Of a DNA stretch of 54,075 bases, positions 37,540 to 47,881 are shown in pieces; the stretch's first letter is position 1, and every line of letters starts with the position of its first letter. The stretch lies in NCBI GenBank assembly GCA_045627885.1, contig JAZQOM010000061.1, forward strand, positions 1 to 54,075, read 5' to 3'. The notes under the pieces were generated by a model. It saw nothing but the letters and a program-made list of their open reading frames with translations, did no database searches and had not been told where the DNA came from. A program made the translations under genes and the position numbers. The stretch comes from Eubacteriales bacterium (GTDB lineage Bacteria > Bacillota > Clostridia > Oscillospirales > CAG-272).

Positions 37540-38583
37540 ATGATGAAGAAAAAGCATATTCTTCGGACACTTGCCGTTCTTGTCGCACTTGCGGCACTTG
37601 CGTATTCCGCCACGCCGTACGGGACGGAGGATGTAAAAAACGCCCTTTTGCTTTGCGCAAAAAGGCTTGTGCCGTCGATATTCATATCGGTTGCCGTTTC
37701 GGGATATCTTGTCAAAAGCGGACTTTACACACTTTTGTCTAAGCCGCTATCGCTTTTTGCAAAAAAGCTGTTTGCGCTTCCCGAATACTGCGCCGCCCCG
37801 ATATTGCTCGGATTTCTGTGCGGCTTTCCAAACGGTGCATCTGCGGCGGCGGAGCTTTATAAATGCAAAAAGCTCCGCTCCGATGAGGCGGCGCATATTT
37901 CGGCATTCGCGTCGCTTCCGTCGCTTCCGTTTTTTGCCGGATTTGTCGGACTCGGCGTGTTTTCAAGCGTTTATATCGGAATCGCGATATATATTTGCTG
38001 CCTTTTTTCGGCAGTCTGCGTCGGCGCGGTATTGCCCGTATTCCGCAGAGAGAATACACGCTCCGCAGAGCGCCAAGATGTAAAAATATCACTTGTTAAG
38101 CCGCTTTCGCACGCATTATCCGACGCAGTCGGAAAAACGCTGTCGGCATCGGCGAGCGTCGTTTTCTTTTCCGCCTTGTGCGGAGCGATAACTCATATAC
38201 CGTCTGTAAAGCGCCCGCTTTGCGCCGCGCTCTGCGGCATATTCGAACTCTGCGGCGGAATATCGAAGCTCGAATATCTCCCGCTCGAGCCTGCCGCGGT
38301 GCTTGCCGCCGCGCTCTGCGGCTTTTCGGGACTATCGGTTTATATGCAGGTGTTTATATGCGCCGAAGACGCGGAGCTCGAATTGTCTTCATATATACCG
38401 ATAAAGCTTGTCATAGGCGCACTTTCGGCTGTTTTTGCGGCTTTGCTCTTTTATCTGCCGCCCGCCTTCACCTCAATCGCATTTTCCGCTTCTTTTCTTC
38501 TTTGCTTTCTTTTGCGTCGGACTTTTTCAAGCTCTTCGCAAACTGATAAACTCCGGCAAAAACGAGAAGCGCGCCGAATATGA
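37540..38583 (+). CDS. ylbJ: Sporulation integral membrane protein YlbJ-like
   Basis: LVPSIF, GFLCGFPNGA, GIFELCGG, GFSGLSVYMQV; multi-TM. Confidence 0.75.
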   Translation: MMKKKHILRTLAVLVALAALAYSATPYGTEDVKNALLLCAKRLVPSIFISVAVSGYLVKSGLYTLLSKPLSLFAKKLFALPEYCAAPILLGFLCGFPNGASAAAELYKCKKLRSDEAAHISAFASLPSLPFFAGFVGLGVFSSVYIGIAIYICCLFSAVCVGAVLPVFRRENTRSAERQDVKISLVKPLSHALSDAVGKTLSASASVVFFSALCGAITHIPSVKRPLCAALCGIFELCGGISKLEYLPLEPAAVLAAALCGFSGLSVYMQVFICAEDAELELSSYIPIKLVIGALSAVFAALLFYLPPAFTSIAFSASFLLCFLLRRTFSSSSQTDKLRQKREARRI

Positions 38584-38875
38584 CCTTCAGAATTTTTGCG
38601 GATATGTGTCCCACGAAAAGTGACGCGGCAACACTTGCGGCAGTGCCCGTAAGACACATTACAAGAACGGTTTTCCAATCGGAAAAGAGCTTTTTTCTTC
38701 TCGAAAACACGGAGATTGACGCTGAGGGCAGAAAATAGATAAGATTTATCCCCTGCGCGGTAAGCTGTGACACATTTTTGAATACGGTCAAATAGACGAC
38801 AAGCAGACCGCCGCCGCCGACGCCCATAGCCGCGAGAATTGCCGAAAAGAATCCGACCAAAATATCCACTATCAT
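38468..38875 (-). CDS. TauE/SafE (TSUP) family half-size membrane protein
   Basis: MGVGGGGLLVVYL, AQGINLIYFLP. Start moved to ATG 38875. Confidence 0.8.
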   Translation of the reverse strand: MIVDILVGFFSAILAAMGVGGGGLLVVYLTVFKNVSQLTAQGINLIYFLPSASISVFSRRKKLFSDWKTVLVMCLTGTAASVAASLFVGHISAKILKVIFGALLVFAGVYQFAKSLKKSDAKESKEEKKRKMRLR

Positions 38876-39246
38876 CAAAAAATCATCCTTGCTCCCGCAA
38901 AAACGACGAGCACGGAGAATATCCGACATAGCCATTTTGCGTTAATTTTTTCGAGAATTTTCGCTCCGGCGATACCGCCGAGAGCCGACGGTATAAGATA
39001 AATATAAGCGTCGGAGAGCTTTACATTCCCCTTTACAAGATAAATCACGGCGGCGGCGACCGACATACAGAGCGTTACCGCAAGCGTGCCGGACACCGCT
39101 TTTTTGAAGCTGTCGTTTTCGCCGCCGTATATTATGTCAAGCGCTACCACCAAAAGGATACCGCCGCCGGCACCGAGCATACCGTTTATTGCGCCGGACA
39201 CCGCGGCGCATCCCGCAGAAAGCAGAGCTTTTGTTTTGCCGTTCAA
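38875..39246 (-). CDS. TauE/SafE (TSUP) family half-size membrane protein
   Basis: GAINGMLGAGGG, LGGIAGAKIL; hydrophobic. Confidence 0.8.
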   Translation of the reverse strand: MNGKTKALLSAGCAAVSGAINGMLGAGGGILLVVALDIIYGGENDSFKKAVSGTLAVTLCMSVAAAVIYLVKGNVKLSDAYIYLIPSALGGIAGAKILEKINAKWLCRIFSVLVVFAGARMIF

Positions 39247-39313
39247 AAAACCACCTCTTTTTCGGTATTTTCGGCATAAAGCGGATAAGCTATGCGAATT
39301 TTTGAAAAATATA

Positions 39314-39342
39314 TTGAAATCGGCATAATATTGGTATATAAT
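39314..39342 (+). promoter_or_regulatory. SigA promoter of asnA-asnS
   Basis: TTGAAA-N17-TATAAT. Confidence 0.65.
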
Positions 39343-39379
39343 ACTTTATTATATCAGCAAAAAACTACGGAGGTGTGTT

Positions 39380-40387
39380 ATGCCGAAACTTTACGAATGC
39401 GGAAGCTATGCGGACAGTCTCGATATCCGCACAACAGACAGAGCAATAAAATATGTCAAGGATAATTTCGAGAATATATTCGCGCATCACCTCAATCTTG
39501 AAAGAATAACGGCGCCGCTTTTCGTAACGGCGCAGAGCGGACTCAACGACGACTTAAACGGCGTTGAACGCCCCGTAGCGTTTGATATTCCCGACGCGGG
39601 AGAATATGTTCAGGTAGTGCATTCACTTGCAAAGTGGAAAAGACTTGCCCTGCTTCGCTACGGCTTCAAGGCAGGCGAGGGAATCTATACGGATATGAAC
39701 GCGATAAGGCGCGATGAGGAGCTCGACAATATTCATTCCGTCTATGTAGACCAATGGGATTGGGAAAAGGTTATAACCGAAAAAGACCGCACGCTCGATT
39801 ATCTTTATTCGGTTGCCGATGATATATTCGCATCGCTTTACGAGGTGCAGAGTAGGGTATGCGACCGTTTTCTCACCTTAAAACCGCTTATTAAGAGAAA
39901 GTTCACGATGATAAGCACCGACGAGCTTCTCAAAAGATACCCAGACCTTTCGCCCAAGGAGAGAGAGCACGCGATATGCAAAGAATGCGGTTCGGTACTG
40001 CTCACGAAGATAGGTTGCAGACTTTCCGACGGCTCAAGGCACGACGGCAGAGCGCCTGACTATGACGATTGGCAGTTAAACGGCGATATCCTTGTCTGGT
40101 ATGAGCCGCTCAACAGGTCGATAGAGCTTTCGTCGATGGGCATAAGAGTAAGCCCCGAATCACTCAAAGCACAGCTTGCCGAGTCAAACTGCCAAAGCAG
40201 AAGCGAGCTTCCGTTCCACAAAAAACTGCTTGCCGGAGAGCTTCCGCTCACCGTCGGCGGCGGAATCGGTCAGTCGAGAATCTGTATGGTGCTTCTCAAT
40301 AAGGTGCATATCGGTCAGGTACAGGCATCTGTTTGGGGAGACGGTTTTGCAAAAGAATGCACGGAGAAAGGAATAACACTGCTTTGA
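39380..40387 (+). CDS. asnA: Aspartate--ammonia ligase
   Basis: [36 protein letters not shown]. Confidence 0.96.
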   Translation: MPKLYECGSYADSLDIRTTDRAIKYVKDNFENIFAHHLNLERITAPLFVTAQSGLNDDLNGVERPVAFDIPDAGEYVQVVHSLAKWKRLALLRYGFKAGEGIYTDMNAIRRDEELDNIHSVYVDQWDWEKVITEKDRTLDYLYSVADDIFASLYEVQSRVCDRFLTLKPLIKRKFTMISTDELLKRYPDLSPKEREHAICKECGSVLLTKIGCRLSDGSRHDGRAPDYDDWQLNGDILVWYEPLNRSIELSSMGIRVSPESLKAQLAESNCQSRSELPFHKKLLAGELPLTVGGGIGQSRICMVLLNKVHIGQVQASVWGDGFAKECTEKGITLL

Positions 40388-40403
40388 AGCAGGAGGTATA
40401 AAA

Positions 40404-41798
40404 ATGAAAAGAACACAGATAAAAGAGCTTTTTACCGACAAAGAGAAATTCGAGGGTGCGGAGATAACCGTTGCCGGATGGGCGCGCACAATAAGAGCGA
40501 GCAACGCATTCGGATTCATCGAGCTCAATGACGGAAGCTATTTTACAAATCTTCAGGTCGTTTTCGAAGCCGATAAGCTCGAAAATTACACCGAAATAGC
40601 AAAGCAGAATGTCGGCTGTTCACTCATAGTGACGGGCAAGTTCATTCTCACGCCCGAGGCAAAACAGCCGTTTGAGATTCACGCTTCAAAGGTTGAGGTC
40701 GAGGGAGCGTCCACGCCCGACTATCCGCTTCAGAAGAAGCGCCACAGCCCCGAATTTTTGCGTGAGATAGCGCATTTGAGACCGAGAACAAACCTGTTTT
40801 CTGCGGTATTCCGCGTCCGTTCCGTATCAGCTTATGCAATTCATAAGTTCTTCCAGGAGAGGGGCTTTGTCTATGTTCACACGCCGCTCATAACGGGAAG
40901 TGACTGCGAGGGCGCGGGCGAGATGTTCCATGTCACGAGCTTTGATATGGACAATATGCCGAAGACCGAGGACGGCAAGATAGATTTTTCAAAGGACTTT
41001 TTCGGCAAGCCGACGAGCTTAACGGTATCGGGACAGCTCAACGCGGAATGCTTTGCCATGGCATTTGCTAATGTCTACACCTTCGGGCCGACCTTCAGAG
41101 CCGAGAGAAGCAATACCGCAAGACACGCCGCCGAGTTCTGGATGATGGAGCCGGAGATGGCGTTTGCCGATTTAACCGACTATATGGACACCGCCGAGGC
41201 GATGATAAAATTCGTTGTGGCGTATGTTATGGAGCACTGCAAGGCAGAGCTTGAGTTCTTCAATAAGTTCGTTGATACAGGGCTTCTCGAAAGACTCAAA
41301 AACCTTGTTGAAAGCGACTTTGTAAGACTCAGCTATACCGATGCCGTAAAGATGCTCAAGGAGTGCGGCGAAAAGTTCGATTATCCCGTAGAATGGGGTA
41401 TCGACCTGCAGACCGAGCACGAGAGATACATCACCGAGAAGATATACGGCAAGCCCGTGTTCGTAACCGACTATCCCAAGGATATAAAGGCATTCTATAT
41501 GCGACTGAACAACGACGGCAAGACCGTTGCGGCGGCGGATATGCTTGTACCTGGAGTAGGTGAGCTCATCGGCGGCTCACAGCGTGAGGAGAGACTTGAC
41601 AAGCTTGATGCGGCGATGGAGCATTTCGGACTCAAAAAAGAAGATTATTGGTGGTACACGGAGCTCAGAAAGTACGGCGGAACGAAACACGCCGGCTTCG
41701 GCTTGGGCTTTGAAAGACTCATTATGTATATCACGGGCGTACAGAACATTCGTGATGTAGAGGCATTCCCGAGAGTAACGGGCACGGCAGAATTTTAA
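40404..41798 (+). CDS. asnS: Asparagine--tRNA ligase
   Basis: [38 protein letters not shown]. Confidence 0.97.
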   Translation: MKRTQIKELFTDKEKFEGAEITVAGWARTIRASNAFGFIELNDGSYFTNLQVVFEADKLENYTEIAKQNVGCSLIVTGKFILTPEAKQPFEIHASKVEVEGASTPDYPLQKKRHSPEFLREIAHLRPRTNLFSAVFRVRSVSAYAIHKFFQERGFVYVHTPLITGSDCEGAGEMFHVTSFDMDNMPKTEDGKIDFSKDFFGKPTSLTVSGQLNAECFAMAFANVYTFGPTFRAERSNTARHAAEFWMMEPEMAFADLTDYMDTAEAMIKFVVAYVMEHCKAELEFFNKFVDTGLLERLKNLVESDFVRLSYTDAVKMLKECGEKFDYPVEWGIDLQTEHERYITEKIYGKPVFVTDYPKDIKAFYMRLNNDGKTVAAADMLVPGVGELIGGSQREERLDKLDAAMEHFGLKKEDYWWYTELRKYGGTKHAGFGLGFERLIMYITGVQNIRDVEAFPRVTGTAEF

Positions 41799-41805
41799 CG
41801 GCAGT

Positions 41806-41833
41806 ATGCCGCACCGTTTCGGTGCGGCATTTT
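41806..41833 (+). terminator. Rho-independent terminator
   Basis: ATGCCGCACCG-TTT-CGGTGCGGCATTTT. Confidence 0.7.
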
Positions 41834-41853
41834 CCGTATGAGAGGAGATAAAT

Positions 41854-42891
41854 ATGGATACAAGACTTGTTTTTGAAAGTGACTACACAAACGGAGCGCA
41901 TCCCGAGGTACTCGAAGCGCTTGTAAAAACCAATATGCAGAGCGCCGCATCTTACGGCGACGACGAATTTTCCGCATCAGCAAAGCAGAAGATAAGAAAA
42001 GCCTGCGATATAGCGGACGACGCGCCGATATATTTCATCGCCGGCGGCACGCAGACCAATCTTGTCGTAATTTCGTCCGTGCTCAATAATTACGAGGGCG
42101 CGGTCACCGTCGCAACGGGACACATCAACGGACACGAAGCGGGAGCAATAGAGCTTTCGGGACATAAGGTAATGACGCTTCCGCATCATACGGGCAAGCT
42201 CGACGCGGACGAGCTTGATACATTCGTCGGCACATTCTACGCCGACGCAAATCACGAGCACATGGTATTCCCCGCGCTTGTGTATATTTCGCATCCGACG
42301 GAATACGGTACACTCTATACCAAAAAGGAGCTCACCGCGATAAGAAAGACCTGCGACAAATACGGAATGAAGCTCTACCTTGACGGCGCAAGACTTGCGT
42401 ACGGACTTGCAAGCCGCACGACGGATGTCACACTTGAAGACATCGCAAAGCTCTGCGATATTTTCTATATCGGCGGCACGAAATGCGGAGCACTTGCGGG
42501 AGAGGCACTTGTATTCCCGCACGGCGACGCACCGGCGCATTTTATGACGCAGATAAAACAGCGCGGCGCACTTCTTGCAAAGGGCAGAATAACGGGCGTT
42601 CAGTTCGATGCGCTGTTTACGGACGGACTTTACTTCAATATCGGCAAAAATGCGATAGACAAGGCGGAGGCGCTCAAAGAGCTGCTTGAAAGAAAGGGTT
42701 ATCAATTCTTTATAGATTCCCCCACAAATCAGCAGTTTATCGTTGCGGAGAATAAGAAGCTCGAAGAATTTTCAAAATATGTCCGCTACGGCTTTTGGGA
42801 GAAGTACGACGACGAGCATACCGTTATCCGCCTTGCTACAAGCTGGTCGACTACCGATGAGGATATAGAAAAGCTCGCAAAATACCTGTAA
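41854..42891 (+). CDS. Low-specificity L-threonine aldolase family (PLP)
   Basis: FESDY, GGTQTN, HEAGA, DGARL, GGTKCG (PLP lysine). Confidence 0.88.
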   Translation: MDTRLVFESDYTNGAHPEVLEALVKTNMQSAASYGDDEFSASAKQKIRKACDIADDAPIYFIAGGTQTNLVVISSVLNNYEGAVTVATGHINGHEAGAIELSGHKVMTLPHHTGKLDADELDTFVGTFYADANHEHMVFPALVYISHPTEYGTLYTKKELTAIRKTCDKYGMKLYLDGARLAYGLASRTTDVTLEDIAKLCDIFYIGGTKCGALAGEALVFPHGDAPAHFMTQIKQRGALLAKGRITGVQFDALFTDGLYFNIGKNAIDKAEALKELLERKGYQFFIDSPTNQQFIVAENKKLEEFSKYVRYGFWEKYDDEHTVIRLATSWSTTDEDIEKLAKYL

Positions 42892-42923
42892 ATCAACAGC
42901 GGCGGACAAACGCGCCGCGCAGC

Positions 42924-42952
42924 TTGCAAAATCAAGCGGCAAGTGGTATAAT
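42924..42952 (+). promoter_or_regulatory. SigA promoter
   Basis: TTGCAA-N17-TATAAT with an extended TG. Confidence 0.7.
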
Positions 42953-42977
42953 GCTCTCTGCAAAGGAGTTGATACGC

Positions 42978-43619
42978 TTGCCGCTTTACTATATGCTTAA
43001 TAAGCCTGCGGGGCTTATCACCGCCTGCCGCGATTCAAACCGCCCGACGGTTATGGAGTGCTTCAAAGGCGAGCTTGCCGCAAGGCTTCACCCGATAGGC
43101 AGACTTGATATCGACACTCACGGACTGCTGCTGTTCACCGACGACGGCAAAGCCGACTTCGCGCTTATGCAGCCGTCGCATCACGCCGAAAAGAGCTATT
43201 TTTTCCGTGCGATAGGCAGCCTTACGCCGAGTGACATAGACGAGCTCGAAAACGGAATGGACATCGGCGGAATTTTTACCGCAAAGGCAAGGCTCACGAA
43301 TGTAGAAAAATTCACCGTCGCGGATATAAAGGACTTCCTTCCCGAGCGGCGCAGAGCGAAATACTTAAAAAACGCAAACGGCGAAGCGTTTTCGGCGGTA
43401 CTCACCATACACGAGGGCAAGAATCACCAAGTAAAGCGAATGCTCGCTCACTGTCGGTGCAAGATAGTGTACCTTCAGCGCATATCCGTTGCGGGAATAG
43501 AGCTTGACGGCGCACTTTCGGAGGGAGAATACCGAGAGCTCACTGCCGCCGAGAGGGCGAAGATAGAACGGTATATAGAACTATACAGAGGAGAAAACGA
43601 TGGGACAAATAGCAAATAA
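42978..43619 (+). CDS. RsuA-family pseudouridine synthase lacking the S4 domain
   Basis: YYMLNKPAG, HPIGRLDIDTHGLLLFT, IHEGKNHQVKRM; TTG start after AAGGAG. Confidence 0.85.
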   Translation: MPLYYMLNKPAGLITACRDSNRPTVMECFKGELAARLHPIGRLDIDTHGLLLFTDDGKADFALMQPSHHAEKSYFFRAIGSLTPSDIDELENGMDIGGIFTAKARLTNVEKFTVADIKDFLPERRRAKYLKNANGEAFSAVLTIHEGKNHQVKRMLAHCRCKIVYLQRISVAGIELDGALSEGEYRELTAAERAKIERYIELYRGENDGTNSK

Positions 43620-44136
43620 AATGCTTTTCGATGCAGTAACGAGCCTTGCCGAAAGAATAAAAAGCAAAAAAGCCGCAGATGTAGCGACCGAAAGACTCAC
43701 GATACGCGTGATGACGGATTCGGAGATGGAAAAGCTCATAGCGGAGGAAAGCGACGCAGAGCTCAAAAAAGCATACGGAGAGATGCTTTCTCTTTCAAAG
43801 GAGAATCCAAAGCAGAGAAAGTGGTACGCCGCGTGGCAGATTTTGCTTTGCGACGGAACGCGCATCGGAGATTTATGCTTCAAGGGACTTAAAAAAGACG
43901 GCGCCGTCGAGATAGGCTACGGACTTCTGCCTAAGTATTTCGGCAACGGATACGCGACGGAGGCGGTACAAGCGGTGAGCGACTGGGCGCTTTCGCAAAA
44001 AGGCGTAACGCGCATAGAAGCGGAAGCCGAGGAAGATAACGCGGCGTCGCAGAGAGTGCTCGAAAAAACGGGCTTTGTCAAGACAGGAGAACTCGGCAGC
44101 GAGGGCATTCGCTTTGCCAAATCCTGCAAACGGTAA
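43600..44136 (+). CDS. GNAT (RimJ/RimL-like) N-acetyltransferase
   Basis: VEIGYGL...GNGYATEAV, NAASQRVLEKTGF. Confidence 0.88.
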   Translation: MGQIANKMLFDAVTSLAERIKSKKAADVATERLTIRVMTDSEMEKLIAEESDAELKKAYGEMLSLSKENPKQRKWYAAWQILLCDGTRIGDLCFKGLKKDGAVEIGYGLLPKYFGNGYATEAVQAVSDWALSQKGVTRIEAEAEEDNAASQRVLEKTGFVKTGELGSEGIRFAKSCKR

Positions 44137-44143
44137 GTATCGG

Positions 44144-44174
44144 AATCTCCCCTTTTGTCAGGGGAGATTTTTTT
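44144..44174 (+). terminator. Rho-independent terminator
   Basis: AATCTCCCCT-N6-AGGGGAGATTTTTTT. Confidence 0.8.
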
Positions 44175-44251
44175 CGCATCTTTGTATAATCACATATATT
44201 TTCACCAACAATAGAATCGGCGATACCAAATACAAAATGAGGAGAAAATAT

Positions 44252-44920
44252 ATGTTTTCACACGAAAAGCAGCTCTTTCATCCCGTAGAGATAGAAAGGC
44301 CCAATCCGCAGTACGCGGCGCTGATGCAGGAACAGCTCGGCGGAGCAAACGGAGAGCTCAAGGCGGCGATGCAGTATATGTCGCAGAGCTTTCGCATCAA
44401 GGATGCCGAAATCAAAGACTTATTCCTTGATATTGCCGCCGAGGAGCTCGGTCATATGGAAATGGTTGCGCAGACAATAAACCTGTTAAACGGACATGAC
44501 CTTGATGTAAAATCCGTTCCGGCGGGGGAGATACAGACTCATGTTCAGCTCGGACTTGCGCCCGGACTCATCAATGCCTCGGGATATTCGTGGACGGGCG
44601 ATTATGTAACCGTAACGGGCGACCTTTGCGCCGACCTTCTTTCGGATATAGCATCGGAGGAGAGGGCGAAGGTGACATACGAATACCTCTACCGCCAGAT
44701 TGACGACAAAAAGGTAAAAGAGACAATAGATTTTCTCTTAAACAGGGAAGAAGCGCATAATGCGATGTTCCGCGAGGCATTCAACAGAGTGCAGGACACG
44801 GGCTCCAACCGCGACTTCGGAACAACAAAGGCGGCGAGAATGTATTTCAGTATGTCAGAGCCGTCCCCCGGAAACAACAGCTTCAAAAACACAAAGACAG
44901 AACCCGTCAAGTTCAAATAA
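44252..44920 (+). CDS. Manganese catalase family protein
   Basis: EQLGGANGELKAAMQY, DIAAEELGHMEM, FLLNREEAH. Start moved to ATG 44252 (AGGAG RBS). Confidence 0.9.
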   Translation: MFSHEKQLFHPVEIERPNPQYAALMQEQLGGANGELKAAMQYMSQSFRIKDAEIKDLFLDIAAEELGHMEMVAQTINLLNGHDLDVKSVPAGEIQTHVQLGLAPGLINASGYSWTGDYVTVTGDLCADLLSDIASEERAKVTYEYLYRQIDDKKVKETIDFLLNREEAHNAMFREAFNRVQDTGSNRDFGTTKAARMYFSMSEPSPGNNSFKNTKTEPVKFK

Positions 44921-44927
44921 GCAAAAA

Positions 44928-44959
44928 AATCGGGAATCACGATATCGTGATTCCCGATT
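44928..44959. terminator. Perfect 32-bp palindrome; probable terminator between convergent genes
   Basis: AATCGGGAATCACGAT|ATCGTGATTCCCGATT, with an A-run on the left (U-tail for radC). Confidence 0.7.
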
Positions 44960-44962
44960 AAA

Positions 44963-45655
44963 TTATTCCACCGTAACAATGCTTGAGCTTTGCATTATGC
45001 TGATTATTCTGTTCTGCGCCACAATGTAATGCTCACGCATCGGAACGCCAATCGCGCTCATTATCTGATAGATTTCTCTTGTCGTCTCGATGTCCTGCGT
45101 GCTCGGATAAGGCAAGCCGTCGGGATGATTGTGCATTATCACCACCGATGCCGCTTTTCTTCGCATAGCCGGTTCGATTACGGAGCGGTAGTCGAGCGAC
45201 ACGGAGCTCACCGAGCCTCTGTGTATGAGCGCTCTTTGAATAAGCTTTTCTTTTGCGTCAAAAAGATAAATCCACACCGCTTCGTTTTCGCCCTCAAGCT
45301 TTGCGTCCGATACAAGAAGCTTGTAGAATTCGTCGCTCTTTTCCTTTATGTTTTTAATTTCCGTCTTGTCTTCACTGTAAGTTTTCAATAACTTGGGCAT
45401 CATGTTGAGCAAAATAGCCGAATGCTCACCTATGCCGTTTACTGTGCAAAGCTCATCAATGCTTGCGTCAAATACATTCGCAACGGAGCCGAAGCGTTCC
45501 ATAAGCTCCCGCGCAATCGGCTTGACATCCTTTTGCGGTATGGCATAATAGAGGATAAGCTCGAGCTCTTCTATACGGTTAAAGCCGTCAAAGCCGCATT
45601 TCAGATACCTTTCCTTAAGCCTCAAACGGTGACCGCTATTTGTGTTGTCGCGCAT
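44963..45655 (-). CDS. radC: RadC-family JAB-domain protein
   Basis: GHRLRLKERY, HhH VNGIGE, HNHPDG.PYPSTQD. Confidence 0.9.
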   Translation of the reverse strand: MRDNTNSGHRLRLKERYLKCGFDGFNRIEELELILYYAIPQKDVKPIARELMERFGSVANVFDASIDELCTVNGIGEHSAILLNMMPKLLKTYSEDKTEIKNIKEKSDEFYKLLVSDAKLEGENEAVWIYLFDAKEKLIQRALIHRGSVSSVSLDYRSVIEPAMRRKAASVVIMHNHPDGLPYPSTQDIETTREIYQIMSAIGVPMREHYIVAQNRIISIMQSSSIVTVE

Positions 45656-45692
45656 AGTCCGCTCCTTTTAGAATGACATAATGCGGTATAAT

Positions 45693-46421
45693 TCAAGAGT
45701 TAATCTGTTTTCCGTCAATGCTTGCAAAAATTTTATCACCCTGCTCGCGTATCAGAATATGCGTATCAGCAAGGAAAGACTCATCCGAGATATCGCAAAG
45801 CCTCTCGGCATCGCTTGCTTCAAAGGAAGAATAACCGCTTCCTCCGCCACCGAAAACAATTCGGATTACATTCAAGCTTTCATCGTCGTACATAACATAT
45901 TGAGCCTTGTAACCGCTTTCGGTCGGAATATATTCGAGACTTAATGCAACAACACCGTCTTTGTATTTTTCGCAGAACATAAGCCCGCTTTTGTTGTCAA
46001 AACTGCCGGTTATTTTTTCGCGCTGACCGCCGTATGTAGTGTACTCAAACGAAAAATTACCGTCCGTAATTTTCGCATCGCAGCTGTAACAGCCCTTCGC
46101 GTTGCCGACAAATGAGCCGCCCGCACGCTCTGTATCCTGGAACAGCGCAAGCGGAAGAAATTCAATATCGGAAGACGAGAGTGAAAGAAGTCCGCCGCCC
46201 GCAGCCTGAACGAGCTCTTTTTTGTCGTAGATTTTAGTGGTAAATGACGAAAAGAGATTGGCTTTTGCTTCGACATAAGCGTTGTAGGAATCAAACGCCG
46301 GCGTTTCCGGCTTGTCGCGATTGTCGTCCGACTTGATTTTTTTGCCGTTACACGAGGCAAGAGAAAGTGACAGTATGGCGGCAAGCGACAGCGCCACAGC
46401 GAGTATAAATATTCTTTTCAT
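45693..46421 (-). CDS. Hypothetical lipoprotein
   Basis: MKRIFILAVALSLAAILSLSLASC lipobox; GGAGG RBS. Confidence 0.7.
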   Translation of the reverse strand: MKRIFILAVALSLAAILSLSLASCNGKKIKSDDNRDKPETPAFDSYNAYVEAKANLFSSFTTKIYDKKELVQAAGGGLLSLSSSDIEFLPLALFQDTERAGGSFVGNAKGCYSCDAKITDGNFSFEYTTYGGQREKITGSFDNKSGLMFCEKYKDGVVALSLEYIPTESGYKAQYVMYDDESLNVIRIVFGGGGSGYSSFEASDAERLCDISDESFLADTHILIREQGDKIFASIDGKQINS

Positions 46422-46515
46422 ACGGCGTATCGCCTCCGTTTTATGCTTAATATCACTCTACTATACCATATTACGCGCAGGATTTCAATATTAAATCACA
46501 TTTTTGTCAAAATAC

Positions 46516-46545
46516 TTGACAAGAACGCAATATAGTGCTTATAAT
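46516..46545 (+). promoter_or_regulatory. SigA promoter of the pheST leader
   Basis: TTGACA-N18-TATAAT. Confidence 0.7.
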
Positions 46546-46577
46546 ATATAAAAATAGAATTTCGCCCATATCTAAAA

Positions 46578-46815
46578 AAGCCTGTGGCAAAGACGGATAT
46601 GCGCTTGTCGGCTGATACAGAGAAGCGGCTTGTTTGCTGAGAGAGCCCTCGGTCATGCACATTTTCCTTTCACTTTGTCGGAGCGTAAGCTCGGGGCATG
46701 AGGTAACTCACGGACGGCTCCGTTATCGGCTATACGAGTGTTGGCTTGCAGTCAGAAAAAGGGTGGTACCGCGGAAAAATGTTTTTCGTCCCGTTTTTAT
46801 CGGGGCGATTTTTTG
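46578..46815 (+). promoter_or_regulatory. T-box riboswitch (Phe specifier)
   Basis: Stem I motifs AGAGA and GCTGAGAG; probable TTC specifier at 46669-46671; T-box AAGGGTGGTACCGCGG at 46759-46774; terminator CGTCCCG...CGGGGCG-T6. Confidence 0.9.
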
Positions 46816-46846
46816 TTTTAATATAGAAAAAGAAAGAGGAAAGAGA

Positions 46847-47866
46847 ATGAAAACAATGCTTGAAGGCATAAGAACACGCGCCATCGAAGAGCTTGCCGCC
46901 GTTTCGGATTTAGCGGCTCTCGACGGATTCAAGGTCAAGTTTTTGGGCAAAAAAGGCGAACTCACGGCAATACTGCGCGAAATGGGTAAGCTTCCCCCCG
47001 AGGAGCGCCCCGCCATGGGACAGCTTGCCAACAGCGTAAGAGCCGACATTGAGGCGCAGATTGAAGAAAAGAGCGCAAAGCTCAAAGCGGCGGCGGCAGG
47101 AGAGAAGCTTATCAAAGAGACACTCGATGTCACCGTTCCCGCACCGGAGCTTCCGATAGGCAAAAGACATCCGCTTGCGCTTATCCAAGAGGAGCTTGAA
47201 GATATATTTGTCGGTATGGGCTTTACGATAGCCGACGGCCCCGAGGTAGAGCTTGACTACTACAACTTCGAGGCGCTCAATATTCCGAAGTCGCACCCCG
47301 CGAGAGATACGCAGGATACCTTCTATTTCACCGACAATATTCTTCTTCGCACGCAGACATCCGGACTTCAGATAAGAACGATGCAGAACGCAAAGCCGCC
47401 TATCCGAATGATAGCGCCCGGCAGAGTATACAGAAGCGATGCCGTTGACGCAACACATAGCCCGATGTTCCATCAGCTCGAGGGACTTGTCGTAGACAAA
47501 AATATCACTATGGGCAACCTCAAAAACAGTCTCGAAACGCTTGCCAAAAAGCTTTTCGGCGACGATACGAGAATAAGACTTCGCCCGCACCACTTCCCGT
47601 TCACGGAGCCGTCTGCGGAGGTTGATGTATCGTGCTTCGTCTGCGGAGGCAAGGGCTGTTCTCTGTGCAAGGGAGAGGGCTGGATAGAGATTCTCGGCGC
47701 CGGAATGGTACATCCTCATGTTTTGGAGGAATGCGGCATCGACCCGAACGAATACTCCGGCTTTGCCTTCGGACTCGGCATAGAGAGAATTGCCATGCGC
47801 AAATTTGCCATAACGGATATGCGTCTTCTCTACGAGAACGACAGACGCTTCATCGAACAGTTCTGA
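46847..47866 (+). CDS. pheS: Phenylalanine--tRNA ligase alpha subunit
   Basis: [40 protein letters not shown]. Start moved to ATG 46847. Confidence 0.97.
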   Translation: MKTMLEGIRTRAIEELAAVSDLAALDGFKVKFLGKKGELTAILREMGKLPPEERPAMGQLANSVRADIEAQIEEKSAKLKAAAAGEKLIKETLDVTVPAPELPIGKRHPLALIQEELEDIFVGMGFTIADGPEVELDYYNFEALNIPKSHPARDTQDTFYFTDNILLRTQTSGLQIRTMQNAKPPIRMIAPGRVYRSDAVDATHSPMFHQLEGLVVDKNITMGNLKNSLETLAKKLFGDDTRIRLRPHHFPFTEPSAEVDVSCFVCGGKGCSLCKGEGWIEILGAGMVHPHVLEECGIDPNEYSGFAFGLGIERIAMRKFAITDMRLLYENDRRFIEQF

Positions 47867-47881
47867 GAGGGGGAGAAAGAT

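Noticed and set aside
44963-45655. radC as a marker of a mobile or anti-restriction element
   Set aside because: It is the full-length HhH+JAB chromosomal type, with host-like composition and no mobility genes nearby.
46634-46846. 71-aa N-terminal extension of PheS in the ORF track
   Set aside because: This stretch is the T-box leader; the real start is ATG 46847.
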